A stretch of 64,000 bases of DNA, from assembly GCA_964362535.1 (NCBI GenBank), contig CAYIEN010000001.1, forward strand, positions 16,271 through 80,270, in the 5' to 3' direction. Positions 17,729-28,400 of this stretch are shown here, one piece after another; within the stretch, counting starts at the first letter, position 1, and each line of letters starts with the position of its first letter. This DNA is from an uncultured Methanosarcinales archaeon (GTDB lineage Archaea; Nanobdellota; Nanobdellia; Woesearchaeales; ARS49). The notes beneath the pieces are model-generated. The model saw only the letters and a program-made list of their open reading frames with translations, was not told where the DNA came from and did no database searches. The translations under genes were made by a program, and so were the position numbers.

Positions 17729-19383
17729 TGGCGGGCGTTACTTTCAGCAAAAAAAGAATTGAGGCACTTGTCGGTAAAAAATTCACCGCCGAACAACTCG
17801 GAGAACGTTTGAGCTTCATGGGTGCTGGAGTGGATGCGATTAATGGGGATGACGTTTTTTTGGAATTGACTCCGAATCGTCCGGATTATTTGCACGAACA
17901 AGGATTAGCACGCGCATTCAAATCATTTTTGGGCGTAAAAAAAGGAATCACGAATTATTCTGCTGCCAAATCAAGTTATGAAGTTCATGTTGACAGTAGC
18001 GTTGCAAAAGTACGACCGCACACCGCCTGCGCCGTTGTAACGGGAATTAATTTCGATGACGCTGCAATCAAAAATATCATTCAATACCAAGAAAAATTGC
18101 ACACAACATTCTGCCGCAACCGCAAAAAAGCAGCCATCGGTATTTATCCACTCGAACACATCACGTGGCCTATTAGCTATCTCGCGCGCAAACCTTCCGA
18201 CATCAAATTCCACCCGCTCGAAGCCGGACGCGTCATGACTGCGCACCAAATCCTTGAAACGCATCCGACGGGAAAAACATTCAAACATTTGCTTGAAGGA
18301 CAGGACAAATATCCTCTGTTTGTTGACGCAAAAGACAACATACTCAGTATGCCTCCCGTTATCAACAGCGAACAGACCGGAAGGGTTACTGGCAAAACAA
18401 AAAATGTGTTCATTGAATGTTCAGGATTTGACCAACGCGTTCTCAATCAGTTGCTTGTACTCGTTGTAACTCCTCTCGCAGATGCAGGTGGCAAAATACA
18501 TCAAGTCACCGTAAAATACGGAACGAAGAAAGTAGTAACGCCTACGCTTACAGCAACCACTATGCCTTTCAATGTCCAGCACGCAAACAAATTGCTTGGC
18601 ACAAACTTTTCCGACGGCGAAGCCCGCAAATTGCTTGAAAAAATGGGGTATGGCAACAAAGGAACAGATGTTTTGATTCCCCCATACCGCATCGACATCA
18701 TGCACGAACGCGACTTGATTGAAGACATCGCCATCGCCGCAGGCTACCAAACTATCGATGCAACGATTCCTCACGTCGCAACCATCGCAAGCGAATCACC
18801 AAAACATTCGTTCAACAAAAAAATAGTAGAATTGCTCGTTGGACTGGGCATGCTTGAAACCAACACATTCCAACTCACCAGCATCGCAGCACAAACAACA
18901 CTCATGCAAAAAGAAAATGTCCAACTCGTTGAACTTGCGAACTCACTTAACGCAGACTACGACGCACTTCGCGCGTGGATGCTTCCGTCATTGATGGAAG
19001 TGCTCCGCAACAACCGACATCACGACTACCCCCAACGATTGTTTGGTATCGGAACTACATTCTCGCATGACAAAACCACAGAAACAGGAGTCTCCGAAAA
19101 GCAAGCCCTCAGCGTTGTCATCACGCACCCAACTGCAAACTACACCGAAATCCGACAAGTGCTAGAATACTTACTTGACAAACTCGCACTCACTTACACC
19201 GTCAAAGAAACAACACATCCCAGCTTTATCTCGGGTCGAGCGGCAACCATCGAAATTGACAAACACGTTCTTGCAACCGTTGGAGAAGTACATCCTGCCG
19301 TTGTCCGCGGATGGGAACTTGAACAACCCGTCGCAGCGCTCGAGCTCAATCTAGAACTCTTATTTTCTCTCGTAAAGAAATAA
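17728..19383 (+). CDS. pheT: Phenylalanyl-tRNA synthetase beta subunit
   Basis: 551 aa with an archaeal B3/4-B5 layout, immediately downstream of pheS. Confidence 0.85.
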   Translation: MAGVTFSKKRIEALVGKKFTAEQLGERLSFMGAGVDAINGDDVFLELTPNRPDYLHEQGLARAFKSFLGVKKGITNYSAAKSSYEVHVDSSVAKVRPHTACAVVTGINFDDAAIKNIIQYQEKLHTTFCRNRKKAAIGIYPLEHITWPISYLARKPSDIKFHPLEAGRVMTAHQILETHPTGKTFKHLLEGQDKYPLFVDAKDNILSMPPVINSEQTGRVTGKTKNVFIECSGFDQRVLNQLLVLVVTPLADAGGKIHQVTVKYGTKKVVTPTLTATTMPFNVQHANKLLGTNFSDGEARKLLEKMGYGNKGTDVLIPPYRIDIMHERDLIEDIAIAAGYQTIDATIPHVATIASESPKHSFNKKIVELLVGLGMLETNTFQLTSIAAQTTLMQKENVQLVELANSLNADYDALRAWMLPSLMEVLRNNRHHDYPQRLFGIGTTFSHDKTTETGVSEKQALSVVITHPTANYTEIRQVLEYLLDKLALTYTVKETTHPSFISGRAATIEIDKHVLATVGEVHPAVVRGWELEQPVAALELNLELLFSLVKK

Positions 19384-19794
19384 TTATTTCTTCGCTTTCG
19401 CAACAGCGGGTTTTGCCGACTTGACGCCAGCTTTTCGCGCTGCTGTCTTGTCTTCCGCAACCTTTGCCTTCGCAGCCGCACGCTTCGCAGGAGCCTTCGA
19501 CGCAACATAACTTCGCGCAACCGGCTTCTTCTGATTCGTCGACTTTGCCTTCGGCTTGCGATCAACAACCGCGATTTCCAAAGCCTTCAACGCGTGAACA
19601 ACATCTGCATGTGAAGCGTTCTTCTTGACTTCAACTGATTTCGAGGTCGGCTCCAAATGCGCAATATTGCACTTTCGGCGGCGAACCTGACCATCAATCA
19701 TGACAAGATTCTTGTCGAGAACATCAATAATAACAGCCATCTGACCAGCATCTCGGCCAGCAGTCTTAACACAAACTTTTCCGATAGTTAACAT
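19384..19794 (-). CDS. rpl14e: Ribosomal protein L14e with Lys/Ala-rich C-terminal extension
   Basis: KOW-like GKVCVKTAGRDAGQMAVIIDVLD..VMIDG followed by a ~55-aa K/A-rich tail. GGAGGAAAA lies upstream of the ATG. Confidence 0.8.
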   Translation of the reverse strand: MLTIGKVCVKTAGRDAGQMAVIIDVLDKNLVMIDGQVRRRKCNIAHLEPTSKSVEVKKNASHADVVHALKALEIAVVDRKPKAKSTNQKKPVARSYVASKAPAKRAAAKAKVAEDKTAARKAGVKSAKPAVAKAKK

Positions 19795-19856
19795 AGTTTT
19801 TTTCCTCCGTATCTCAAGGCGCCGTCACCGAACGCCCAGGAAGCTTCTTTAAAAAA

Positions 19857-20126
19857 TTATAATGAACGAGCGATATTCTTGAAATGCATTCGCGTGCACT
19901 TCGAACACAAAACGCCGCCAAACGGACGTTCTGGACGTCTGCCTGTCTTCGGGAATTGTTTCATCGTCGCAGGATGCGCTCGAGGAACTGCAGGAAGCAC
20001 AACGCCACACGTACCACAGTGCGCATGCTGCGGCTTACGACGAGCGTAATGCATAACATGTCTTGCGCCCGGCGTCAGTGTCTTTCTGCGTCGGAACGTT
20101 CGTGTTCTGTGCTTCGGTGCTACCAT
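19857..20126 (-). CDS. rpl34e: Ribosomal protein L34e
   Basis: RTRTFRRRKTLTPG....CGTCG...PAVPR...CSKC pattern in an 89-aa protein. Confidence 0.85.
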   Translation of the reverse strand: MVAPKHRTRTFRRRKTLTPGARHVMHYARRKPQHAHCGTCGVVLPAVPRAHPATMKQFPKTGRRPERPFGGVLCSKCTRMHFKNIARSL

Positions 20127-20148
20127 ACGACGAAGGTCACGAGGGGGG

Positions 20149-20156
20149 TTTATAAA
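20149..20156 (-). promoter_or_regulatory. TATA box (TTTATAAA) centred ~26 nt upstream of the rpl34e ATG; implies a leaderless mRNA
   Basis: Palindromic TTTATAAA at the spacing typical of archaeal promoters. No Shine-Dalgarno sequence lies between it and the ATG. Confidence 0.5.
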
Positions 20157-20193
20157 GCTAATGGTTGGAAAACCAGAGAATACTCAAATACTA

Positions 20194-20898
20194 TTACTTG
20201 GTCATTTTTAACGCGATTTTCAACTCTTTCACTTCTTCCGGACGTAAAATACGCCAATCGCCAGGCTTCAAATTGCCCAATTCTAAAGGACCAAGTCTTG
20301 AACGCTCAAGACCATCAACGTGCGTACCCAGCTTTACGAATAATTTCTTTACGATGTGCTTTCTTCCTTCATGAATCGTGATTTCAACACGGTTTGTCGC
20401 AATCTTTTTCGGATTATGCACGGCAACAAGACGCTCCTCAACAAGAACTCCTTTTTCCAAACGCGTGATGAGCTGCGGATGCACTGGGCTTGATAGTGTC
20501 GCGACATACGTCTTTGTCGTCTCATATCTTGGATGCATCATTCGATTTGCCAAATCACCGTCATTTGTTAACAGAACAAGACCTGTCGCGTTTCTGTCGA
20601 GTCTTCCAACGGGAAATACTCGCTCGGGAACATCAACCAACTCTCGAACCGTTTCGCGACCCTGATTATCTTCAAGAGTTGTTACCACTTTCAACGGTTT
20701 GTTTAGAATAATGTAGACATGTTTTTCCGTCTGAATCTGCTGGCCGTCAACCATAATTTTATCTTTCAACGGGTCAGCGCATTGCCCGATTTTGATGACC
20801 TTTCCATTCATCGTAACACGACCTTCCTGAATCAGTAATTCAGCATTTCTACGAGAAGCAATCCCTGCATGGGCAATGATTTTTTGCACGCGGTCCAT
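20194..20898 (-). CDS. RsuA/RluB-family pseudouridine synthase (bacterial type) with S4 domain
   Basis: S4 motif RVQKIIAHAGIASRRNAELLIQEGRV and catalytic motif VGRLDRNATGLVLLTNDG. The start is set at MDRVQK (20898). Confidence 0.8.
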   Translation of the reverse strand: MDRVQKIIAHAGIASRRNAELLIQEGRVTMNGKVIKIGQCADPLKDKIMVDGQQIQTEKHVYIILNKPLKVVTTLEDNQGRETVRELVDVPERVFPVGRLDRNATGLVLLTNDGDLANRMMHPRYETTKTYVATLSSPVHPQLITRLEKGVLVEERLVAVHNPKKIATNRVEITIHEGRKHIVKKLFVKLGTHVDGLERSRLGPLELGNLKPGDWRILRPEEVKELKIALKMTK

Positions 20899-20950
20899 AC
20901 GACGAGAACGAGCACAAACGTTTAAATAACTATCCCCGAACAATCACAGC

Positions 20951-21523
20951 ATGGTCATCGACATCGTTCTTCCCAATGGCAACGAAAAAGAGCTTTTCGC
21001 CCGCGCAAAACAGCTCGGCATAACATCACTCGTTTGCCTTTCTTCACAGCCAAGCACTGCAGACGGATGCGTTATGGGAATTATTGCTCAGCCAGGAAGC
21101 GTTGAAAAATCCCGCAAAAAAGCAGCGATTACTGCTGTTTTCAGCACTGAAAGTGATTTGCACGTGGTAGAACATGAACATCCGAATTTACTCATTAATT
21201 TTGAATACGACCTTCGTGCTGACTCACTGCACCAACGCGCATCAGGTATGAATCACATTCTTGCACGTGCCTGCGCAAAAAATAATGTTGCCGTCTGTTT
21301 TTCTGTCGCGCCGTTACTGAAATTACCTCCCCAAAAACGCGCGCAAGTTCTTGGCAGAATCAGCCAAAACATCTCCATCTGCAGACAATTCAAAGTGTCT
21401 ATGCGCATCGCGACGCTCGCGACAACTCCTGCCGAACTACGCAACCCTGCGGACTTAGTTTCCCTGTTTGTGACTCTGGGCATGCATCCTTCTGAAGCCA
21501 AAAAAGCAATCGGACCTTTATAA
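20951..21523 (+). CDS. rnp3: RNase P protein component 3 (Rpp30-like)
   Basis: C-terminal half NVAVCFSVAPLL...RISQNISICRQFKV.MRIATLATTPAELRNPADLVSLFVTLGMHPSEAKKAI follows the Rpp30 TIM-barrel pattern. Confidence 0.6.
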   Translation: MVIDIVLPNGNEKELFARAKQLGITSLVCLSSQPSTADGCVMGIIAQPGSVEKSRKKAAITAVFSTESDLHVVEHEHPNLLINFEYDLRADSLHQRASGMNHILARACAKNNVAVCFSVAPLLKLPPQKRAQVLGRISQNISICRQFKVSMRIATLATTPAELRNPADLVSLFVTLGMHPSEAKKAIGPL

Positions 21524-21600
21524 ATTATTTAAATACTCTTTGACAGTCTATATATAGCCAACCATAACCTTTTTATAGCTTCTTAAACAAGGACTTCCCT

Positions 21601-24174
21601 ATGAAAAAGAGGTTGGTGGCTTTAGTCATACTTAGCATACTTCTCTTACTTCCACTTGTTCGCGCGGACTTCAACGTACTCATTCCTGTCATTGAACACT
21701 TCCAGGAAGGATCATGGGAAGCACCCACCAGCGATCGCACCATCACCGTTGAAGCTTCCAAACCCATCGGCGAAATCGACTATTCCACCAGCGACGGCAG
21801 CACGACAACCGTCAAACTATACATGAACGGAACGCTGAAATTCACCACCTCCGGAAGCGACGGTGCAGTCGATGTTCCCGCAATCCTCACCAACAAAATG
21901 GAATGGGACCACAGCAACAGCGGCATCAGCGTCTGCACAACACCCACCACCAATATCTCCCGAGTCAACCGCTTTGCAAAAAACGACCTTGGCCCCATCT
22001 CAAACTTTTTACCCATAACCACAACTGACTCCGACCTCGACAACCACAACCTCGGCATCGGCGGCGCCGGCTGCAACCACGAAGTCGCACTCCCCCCGAA
22101 AGCAATGGTCTGGTTAGGAACCGAAGACGAAGACTACGGCACTATCGACGCCGACTTCGACACGCACATCTGGGCATGCATCGACGGAGATGAGGACGGA
22201 AACTGCGACTCTGATAACACTGACTGCGCTGCTGCTGGCGGAGAATTCTACGCAGACAGATGCTGCGGCGGAACCGAAGGAGATTACACTTGCACATGGG
22301 ACGCTGAAATCAACGCATACTGCGGTACTGCAGCAGACGGACCACACTGGGCAATACCTGAAGACGCAGGCACCATCAGCCAATTCACCACCTGCCCCGG
22401 AACAACACTACTCTCCACTGGCACCGCGCTTTACTCCTGTGGCGGTTCTGCTCCGACTGGAACAACCGCATTCCCTCCCGGAGCTGTTCCCGTCGTTCTC
22501 GGAGGACAAACGCATGATTTCATTTGCAACAGTGGTGTACTTACTGAATGCGCAGGAACACAAGAACCATTCTCCGACAACTGGGACGTTCTTGGTGACC
22601 TTGTTAACATTAGCGGCACCACCAACTATTGCACAAGCGACGGCGACTACACCCCTAACCTCGACGGCAAAAACAAAGAATCTTGCGAAACATACGGATT
22701 CACTTGGACCGGAACAAAATGCTGCTCCGAAGCAGATGACATCAATGAAACTTACGAAGACCCCGGAACCATCGGGGCATGCTGGGAAAAAACATTTGTC
22801 GCTAATGGCGCATTCGTCGCAAACCAAACCATCGCAGCCGTAACAGGACTGCTTCAAGGCTGCAAAACAAGTCCTGTCCCTCCATCACCTTTCCCCCGCT
22901 ACAATCCCGTCTGCACCGTCTTAACTGGAGCTTCACCATTCGGTCAATTGTTCTGCTCAAATACCTTCCAATGGAAAATAGATCCCACTAATAGTAACCG
23001 TAGCGTCAACAAATCCATCATCTGGGAAGCGAATGCAACTACCGTAGTCAGTGATTGCTGTGGAGCAACCGCGTGCTGGACCGGCGACAAATGCCAAGCA
23101 AACCAAATCGGTAGCGCACTCCCTATCAACTATCACGGAAACCGTTGCGAAGACGGACTCTGGGTCCCGCGAGAACTCCGATACAACTGGGACCACACTA
23201 GTAGCGGGTATTGCCCCAGCAACAATCAATGCCTCGTCGACCCGAACGGACTTTTCGCAAACAACAACGACACTTCCGCATATTACGATCCCGCAAAAAT
23301 TCGACCGCAATGCGTCGCACCAGGGCAATACCTCGCCGACCACTACTGCGAAAACGGAACTTGGACAACGCGCACCAAACTCATCGGACTCGAACTCCTT
23401 GACTACGCAGACGCCGTCTCGCCCACCAACTATCAACTCTTCTGCGGAACCTCCGCTGAAGCACTCAACTCGCCCGAAGCAGTTGACGGATTAGTGGGAG
23501 CTGCAAGTTGCTCTATTACTGGAACAAGCGTTCCCTGCATCAACAACTTCTGCGTATTATCAACACCAAGCGGCATCGCGTGGGGAGTTTCACTCAACAA
23601 ACCCATCGACGACACTAAGAGCGTTTTGCCCGCAATTGGTAAAGATGCAGACCTTTGTGACAGCGCAAGCGGAACCGGATACAGCTCCTGCGGAGAAACC
23701 ATCTGGTACAACACCGAACTCAACAGCGTCATCAGCATTCCTAGCGGCTCGCTCGGAAGCGCATCATTCCTCGACCTGTTCATCGCATTTATCAAATCAC
23801 CCATGGACACTTTGAAAACATTTGTCTTTACCTACCTACATAAACCTTTGAATGATTATACTTTCTTCAACAGCACACACACGTTCAACAAAATGTACGC
23901 CGCGCGCAACGACGACAAACACGCCTTCGCATTCCTCGAAGAAGGAATCTTTGAAAACAGCATCCGACGCGATTATTTGGGAGCGGACTATGGCAGCCTC
24001 AGCCTCGGCGTAAACCCCTGCAACGACTTGATTCTCCGCTATGACAACCTCGCATCATGCAACAGCACAACAGGATCCCTGGAAATCGTCCGACAACGAA
24101 CTGGCTCACCCACCGGATCCGGACCCTTACTCAAAGCATGGCGAGACATCACCGCAAAATTGAGGCTTAACTAA
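21601..24174 (+). CDS. Large secreted Cys-rich, sequon-rich surface protein (857 aa)
   Basis: Sec-type signal MKKRLVALVILSILLLLPLVRA, many Cys and many N-x-S/T sequons. First gene of the 21.6-32.9 kb operon. Confidence 0.7.
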   Translation: MKKRLVALVILSILLLLPLVRADFNVLIPVIEHFQEGSWEAPTSDRTITVEASKPIGEIDYSTSDGSTTTVKLYMNGTLKFTTSGSDGAVDVPAILTNKMEWDHSNSGISVCTTPTTNISRVNRFAKNDLGPISNFLPITTTDSDLDNHNLGIGGAGCNHEVALPPKAMVWLGTEDEDYGTIDADFDTHIWACIDGDEDGNCDSDNTDCAAAGGEFYADRCCGGTEGDYTCTWDAEINAYCGTAADGPHWAIPEDAGTISQFTTCPGTTLLSTGTALYSCGGSAPTGTTAFPPGAVPVVLGGQTHDFICNSGVLTECAGTQEPFSDNWDVLGDLVNISGTTNYCTSDGDYTPNLDGKNKESCETYGFTWTGTKCCSEADDINETYEDPGTIGACWEKTFVANGAFVANQTIAAVTGLLQGCKTSPVPPSPFPRYNPVCTVLTGASPFGQLFCSNTFQWKIDPTNSNRSVNKSIIWEANATTVVSDCCGATACWTGDKCQANQIGSALPINYHGNRCEDGLWVPRELRYNWDHTSSGYCPSNNQCLVDPNGLFANNNDTSAYYDPAKIRPQCVAPGQYLADHYCENGTWTTRTKLIGLELLDYADAVSPTNYQLFCGTSAEALNSPEAVDGLVGAASCSITGTSVPCINNFCVLSTPSGIAWGVSLNKPIDDTKSVLPAIGKDADLCDSASGTGYSSCGETIWYNTELNSVISIPSGSLGSASFLDLFIAFIKSPMDTLKTFVFTYLHKPLNDYTFFNSTHTFNKMYAARNDDKHAFAFLEEGIFENSIRRDYLGADYGSLSLGVNPCNDLILRYDNLASCNSTTGSLEIVRQRTGSPTGSGPLLKAWRDITAKLRLN

Positions 24175-24175
24175 C

Positions 24176-25420
24176 ATGCGCGGTCAGCTCACTTTGTTGA
24201 TTATCGTTGGAATTTTGATTGCGATTATGGTCGGGATTGTTTTGTATGCCGCCCGGTCAACCTCCGCAAAAAAAGGCGAATCAAACATCAACACCCAACA
24301 ACAAACAAGTGAACTCCTCAAACCCGTTGAAGAATTCACCCGACAATGCCTTGATCTCGCGGCACGAACCTCACTCAACCAACTCGGCGCACAAGCAGGA
24401 ACACTCTACGAAAGCCAAGGCGGATTAACTCCGGACCCGTATAGTAGTACTGATTACGTTTTACACAATAGCGTCAAAGTTCCGTTCGCAATACTTCCCC
24501 CACAAGGAGATGTAGGAACACTTTTCTTTGCAGACACTCCAAAATATCCCTGGGAAACATTCCCTGTCATTTACGACAACGGCAGCGTCATCATCACGGA
24601 ATACTTACAAGGATATTACGGCATTAACACACTCCCGCAACTGATCGGACCACAGTCAGTTCAAGAACAACTCGAAAACGCAGTGTTAGCTGCAACAACA
24701 ACCTGTCTTGACTGGACTATTTTCGAACCGCAAGGAATCACCGTCATTCCGCAAACTCCGCATCTCCGCGTCATTTTCGGAGAACGCAGCACATCCTTCC
24801 TCTTATCGTATCCTCTCGACGTAACCAGCACTGTTACTGGAACAACGTCGCACATCGACGCATTCGCCGTTGATATTCCCGTCCGCACCAAATCAATCCT
24901 GCAAGCAGCAAGAGCCACCATTGACAAAGACGTTAACGACATAACCTTTGATCCGTCCTCCGTTCTGTACGGTACCATCGGCATCTCAACATCCCGTGAA
25001 CTTTTCGATGACATTCTCACTGTTACCGACCCGAGCTCGACCGTTGGCGGCAAACCTTACCTCTTTCAATTTGCTCGCAAAAACCGCGCGCCTGCGATTC
25101 TCTGGATACAAAATGCAACGGACAAAGTCTGCGATTCAGGAACCGTCCACGCAAGCACATCTGTATTATTCGTCGATGCAACAGGATGTGGCACCGGTTT
25201 TGATTCAACAACTCTTCCTGTTCGCGCGTACGATCCTGACGAAGACGCAGTAACATTCTCGTTCCAAATCAGAACGGAACCAGTTATGCCATCAGCAACC
25301 TACACCGTCACGACCGCTGATGCGAGCTTCACTATTCTGCCCGTCACTGCACGCGCAACCGACGGACAATATACGGACGAACAAACCATCATCATTCCCA
25401 CTGATTACAAAACAACATGA
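24176..25420 (+). CDS. Class III signal-peptide (pilin-like) protein, 414 aa
   Basis: MRGQ-LTLLIIVGILIAIMVGIVLY N-terminus. It starts 1 nt after the upstream stop. Confidence 0.65.
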   Translation: MRGQLTLLIIVGILIAIMVGIVLYAARSTSAKKGESNINTQQQTSELLKPVEEFTRQCLDLAARTSLNQLGAQAGTLYESQGGLTPDPYSSTDYVLHNSVKVPFAILPPQGDVGTLFFADTPKYPWETFPVIYDNGSVIITEYLQGYYGINTLPQLIGPQSVQEQLENAVLAATTTCLDWTIFEPQGITVIPQTPHLRVIFGERSTSFLLSYPLDVTSTVTGTTSHIDAFAVDIPVRTKSILQAARATIDKDVNDITFDPSSVLYGTIGISTSRELFDDILTVTDPSSTVGGKPYLFQFARKNRAPAILWIQNATDKVCDSGTVHASTSVLFVDATGCGTGFDSTTLPVRAYDPDEDAVTFSFQIRTEPVMPSATYTVTTADASFTILPVTARATDGQYTDEQTIIIPTDYKTT

Positions 25421-28400
25421 GAAAAATATTCCTTATCGGGTTCATCGTTCTTCTCGCCATAGTTATCGGAGTCAACGCACAAACATCTGGCTGTTGCTGC
25501 AATCTCGCAAACGCAACCACCCAAGCAGACTCGTATTTGCCAAGCACTAGCTGCCTGCCCGCATTCCCTGACTTTGTTGTGCCAACCTCGACCGACATTA
25601 TTCTCAATAAAACGTGTTCAACAAAATGCGGAGAAGTCGCAGGATTACCACCCGTTCCTTCAGGTTCGTGCGGGTCTGCCGACTACAAACCACCCCCTGC
25701 AAATTTCAGCGCAAGCCCCCTTAAAGGAACCCACGCAATGCAGCTTACATGGATTGCGCCCTGCGCAGCTGATGCGTACATCATCAGCAGATGCACTGGA
25801 AGCGCGTGTTCCAGCTTTGCCGCGATCGGCGTTATTGGTGCTGGCACGAGTTTCATCGACGGCTCACCCGAATTGAAGTGGAACACTGATTATACCTACC
25901 GCATTATTGCAAAATACAGCATTCCCGGAGACAGCGCACCCGCAACAACCGTCGGCAACACAGGTGATATTGAGTGCGACTCACAATTTACCACCGACAG
26001 CTTCTGCATCTCTTCTTACTATTATGAAGGCTTCAAAACATATCTTCAAGCAAACGGATATGCAGGAAGCCCCTCAACAGCATCATCCGCATTTACCTCT
26101 GATTTTGCAACCGCGGTCAATACTGCCTTTTTCACCAAATTTAACAAAGGATATTCTTGCGACGCAAAAAACAAATTAATTTCTTTGAAAACGTGCGGCG
26201 TTGGCGAAATTTGCGTCGCAAAAGGAACAACACCCGCATGCATCACGCCCAGCAATTGCACACTCTCAACAGGAATATTCGGACTTGGCTCCACCACCAC
26301 CACTTGCGAAGGAACTTCCGAAGATACAAAATACTGCTTTATGGACAAAAGCGCAACACCCGTCGATGCGTGCTACACCTGCAGCCAAGCACTCACCTGT
26401 TACGATTACAAAAGTAAATCCTCCTGTGAACGCAACAACTGCTTCGTTGGCGCGTGCTCGTGGCGTGACACCTACACCGACATTGGAGGTGGCGTTTGCA
26501 TCGATGACCGATTCAATAGCTGTCCCCTCTGTAACAAAACCAGCACAACAGGAGCGCCCAACAGCCAAGCATACAACGCCGTCTTCGACCAATGCTCCCC
26601 TGAAAAAGCAAGCGCGCTCAGCACCCCTGCATATCCGTGCTTTTACAGCAACGGACAAGCACTCGACTGCAGCAAAGCCACCTGCAAAGACTATACCCCT
26701 GGACAATGTGGCTCACCCTCTGGCGGAATAACTCTCGCGGCAGATAACAGCATTTTGACTCCCAGCACAGACCCTTGTGGAATAAAAGTCTGCCAATATG
26801 ACCCAACACCAACCATTCAATGCCGTAAAAACGCGGACGCAACACCCTCAGACACATTCTGGCTTGACTGTGCGCTTACCGATGCCGGCTGCGAAAAAGA
26901 CTACTTTACTCCTGTAACGACGCTCATCCCCGTCGGCAGCGCAGGCAAGTACGATTTCCTGAACATCCGTATCTGGGAAAAGAGCAACTCCAGTGATTAC
27001 GGACATCTGGCATTACCCCCCGGAGAATTTACGTTAACCATCGGCGCACCCAACACGACAACCGGTGATCGCAAAGAACTCAAAAACTTCCTGACATACT
27101 TCTGCGCCAATGCATTGAATGCCACTGCATGCACCAGCTTTGTAGGCGTTAACAGTACTCAACTCAATATTAATGATTTAGCATTACAAGACGGAACCAA
27201 AGTTCTGTTTAACTTTACGCCCGGATGGAACACACTGCGATATTACACTCGCGACCCCGCGAATAACCTCGAAATCATCAAGAGCACCAGCATCTTCGCC
27301 TGCACCGCATGCCAAGGACCCAAAGTATTGAACTACACATTCACCCCTGGCAACCAAATCAACGGAACAGTCTATACTCGTTCAACAACCCCCATCGCAA
27401 GCGTATTGTTTAACGAAGCAGCACAACTCGTTTTCTCAGGCTACATCAAAGGACTCCTCACCCAAAATATCACCGCGACACCCAGCTCAGGATTTAATTA
27501 CGCATATACTTTTGGAATGCCTACTCCTGCACTCGTTGAAGGAAGCTACATCTTCTCCGTCAACTCGCGTGACACGAATGACGTCTACATGGGCGCACCG
27601 TTAAGCATTCCTGTCGTCGTTGACACAACAGCACCCATCGCAACGTACAGTCCAATTGACGGCACCATTTTCAAAACCGGAACCGTACCTGTCGTTATTA
27701 CTTTCAGCGAACCCATCCTCGTCAAAAACTTCACCATCATTGAATATCTCGTCATGAACACCACTGCCGGTCCCGTGCGATACCCTGTCACGCGTGACAT
27801 CACAAAACTTTTTGTCGGCAGCAAAAATACCACGTTCACTGCGAGTTTAACACTCACCGAAGGAAAGAAAACCATTGCGCCCATCGTAACTGATTACGCA
27901 GGAAATCCCTACGCAGGCAATAGCTCATTTGTCATCAACGCATTGCCGCCCGTGGTCACTATCAAAGAACCAGCATACGGCGTCAGCAGTACCTTCTCGT
28001 TCCCCCTCACCTTCGAAACGGACAGCCCATCTGAGTGTCGCTATTGGAGCAGTCAAACACTGCCGCCACCTGGAACATTCACCTCGCTCAACCCCTTCGA
28101 CAGCACTGGAACATACGAACACAAAAAAACAACGTTCAGCGAAATCACCAAAGAAGGAGTGCCCTTCAAATTCTACGTCCGCTGTGAAGACACCGAAACG
28201 GGAATCGGAAGCTCCACCTTCTGGCTCAGCGTCGACACCAGCGCACCCAAGATACTTACTGCCTACGCATCACCTAACCCTATTGTTCAATACCCGCTCC
28301 AGACCACACTCAAAGTATCCACTGACGATTTGACCGTCTGCAAATACAGCCCCACAACATCTTCTTACGATGCGATGGAATATACCTTCCCCTACTTCGG

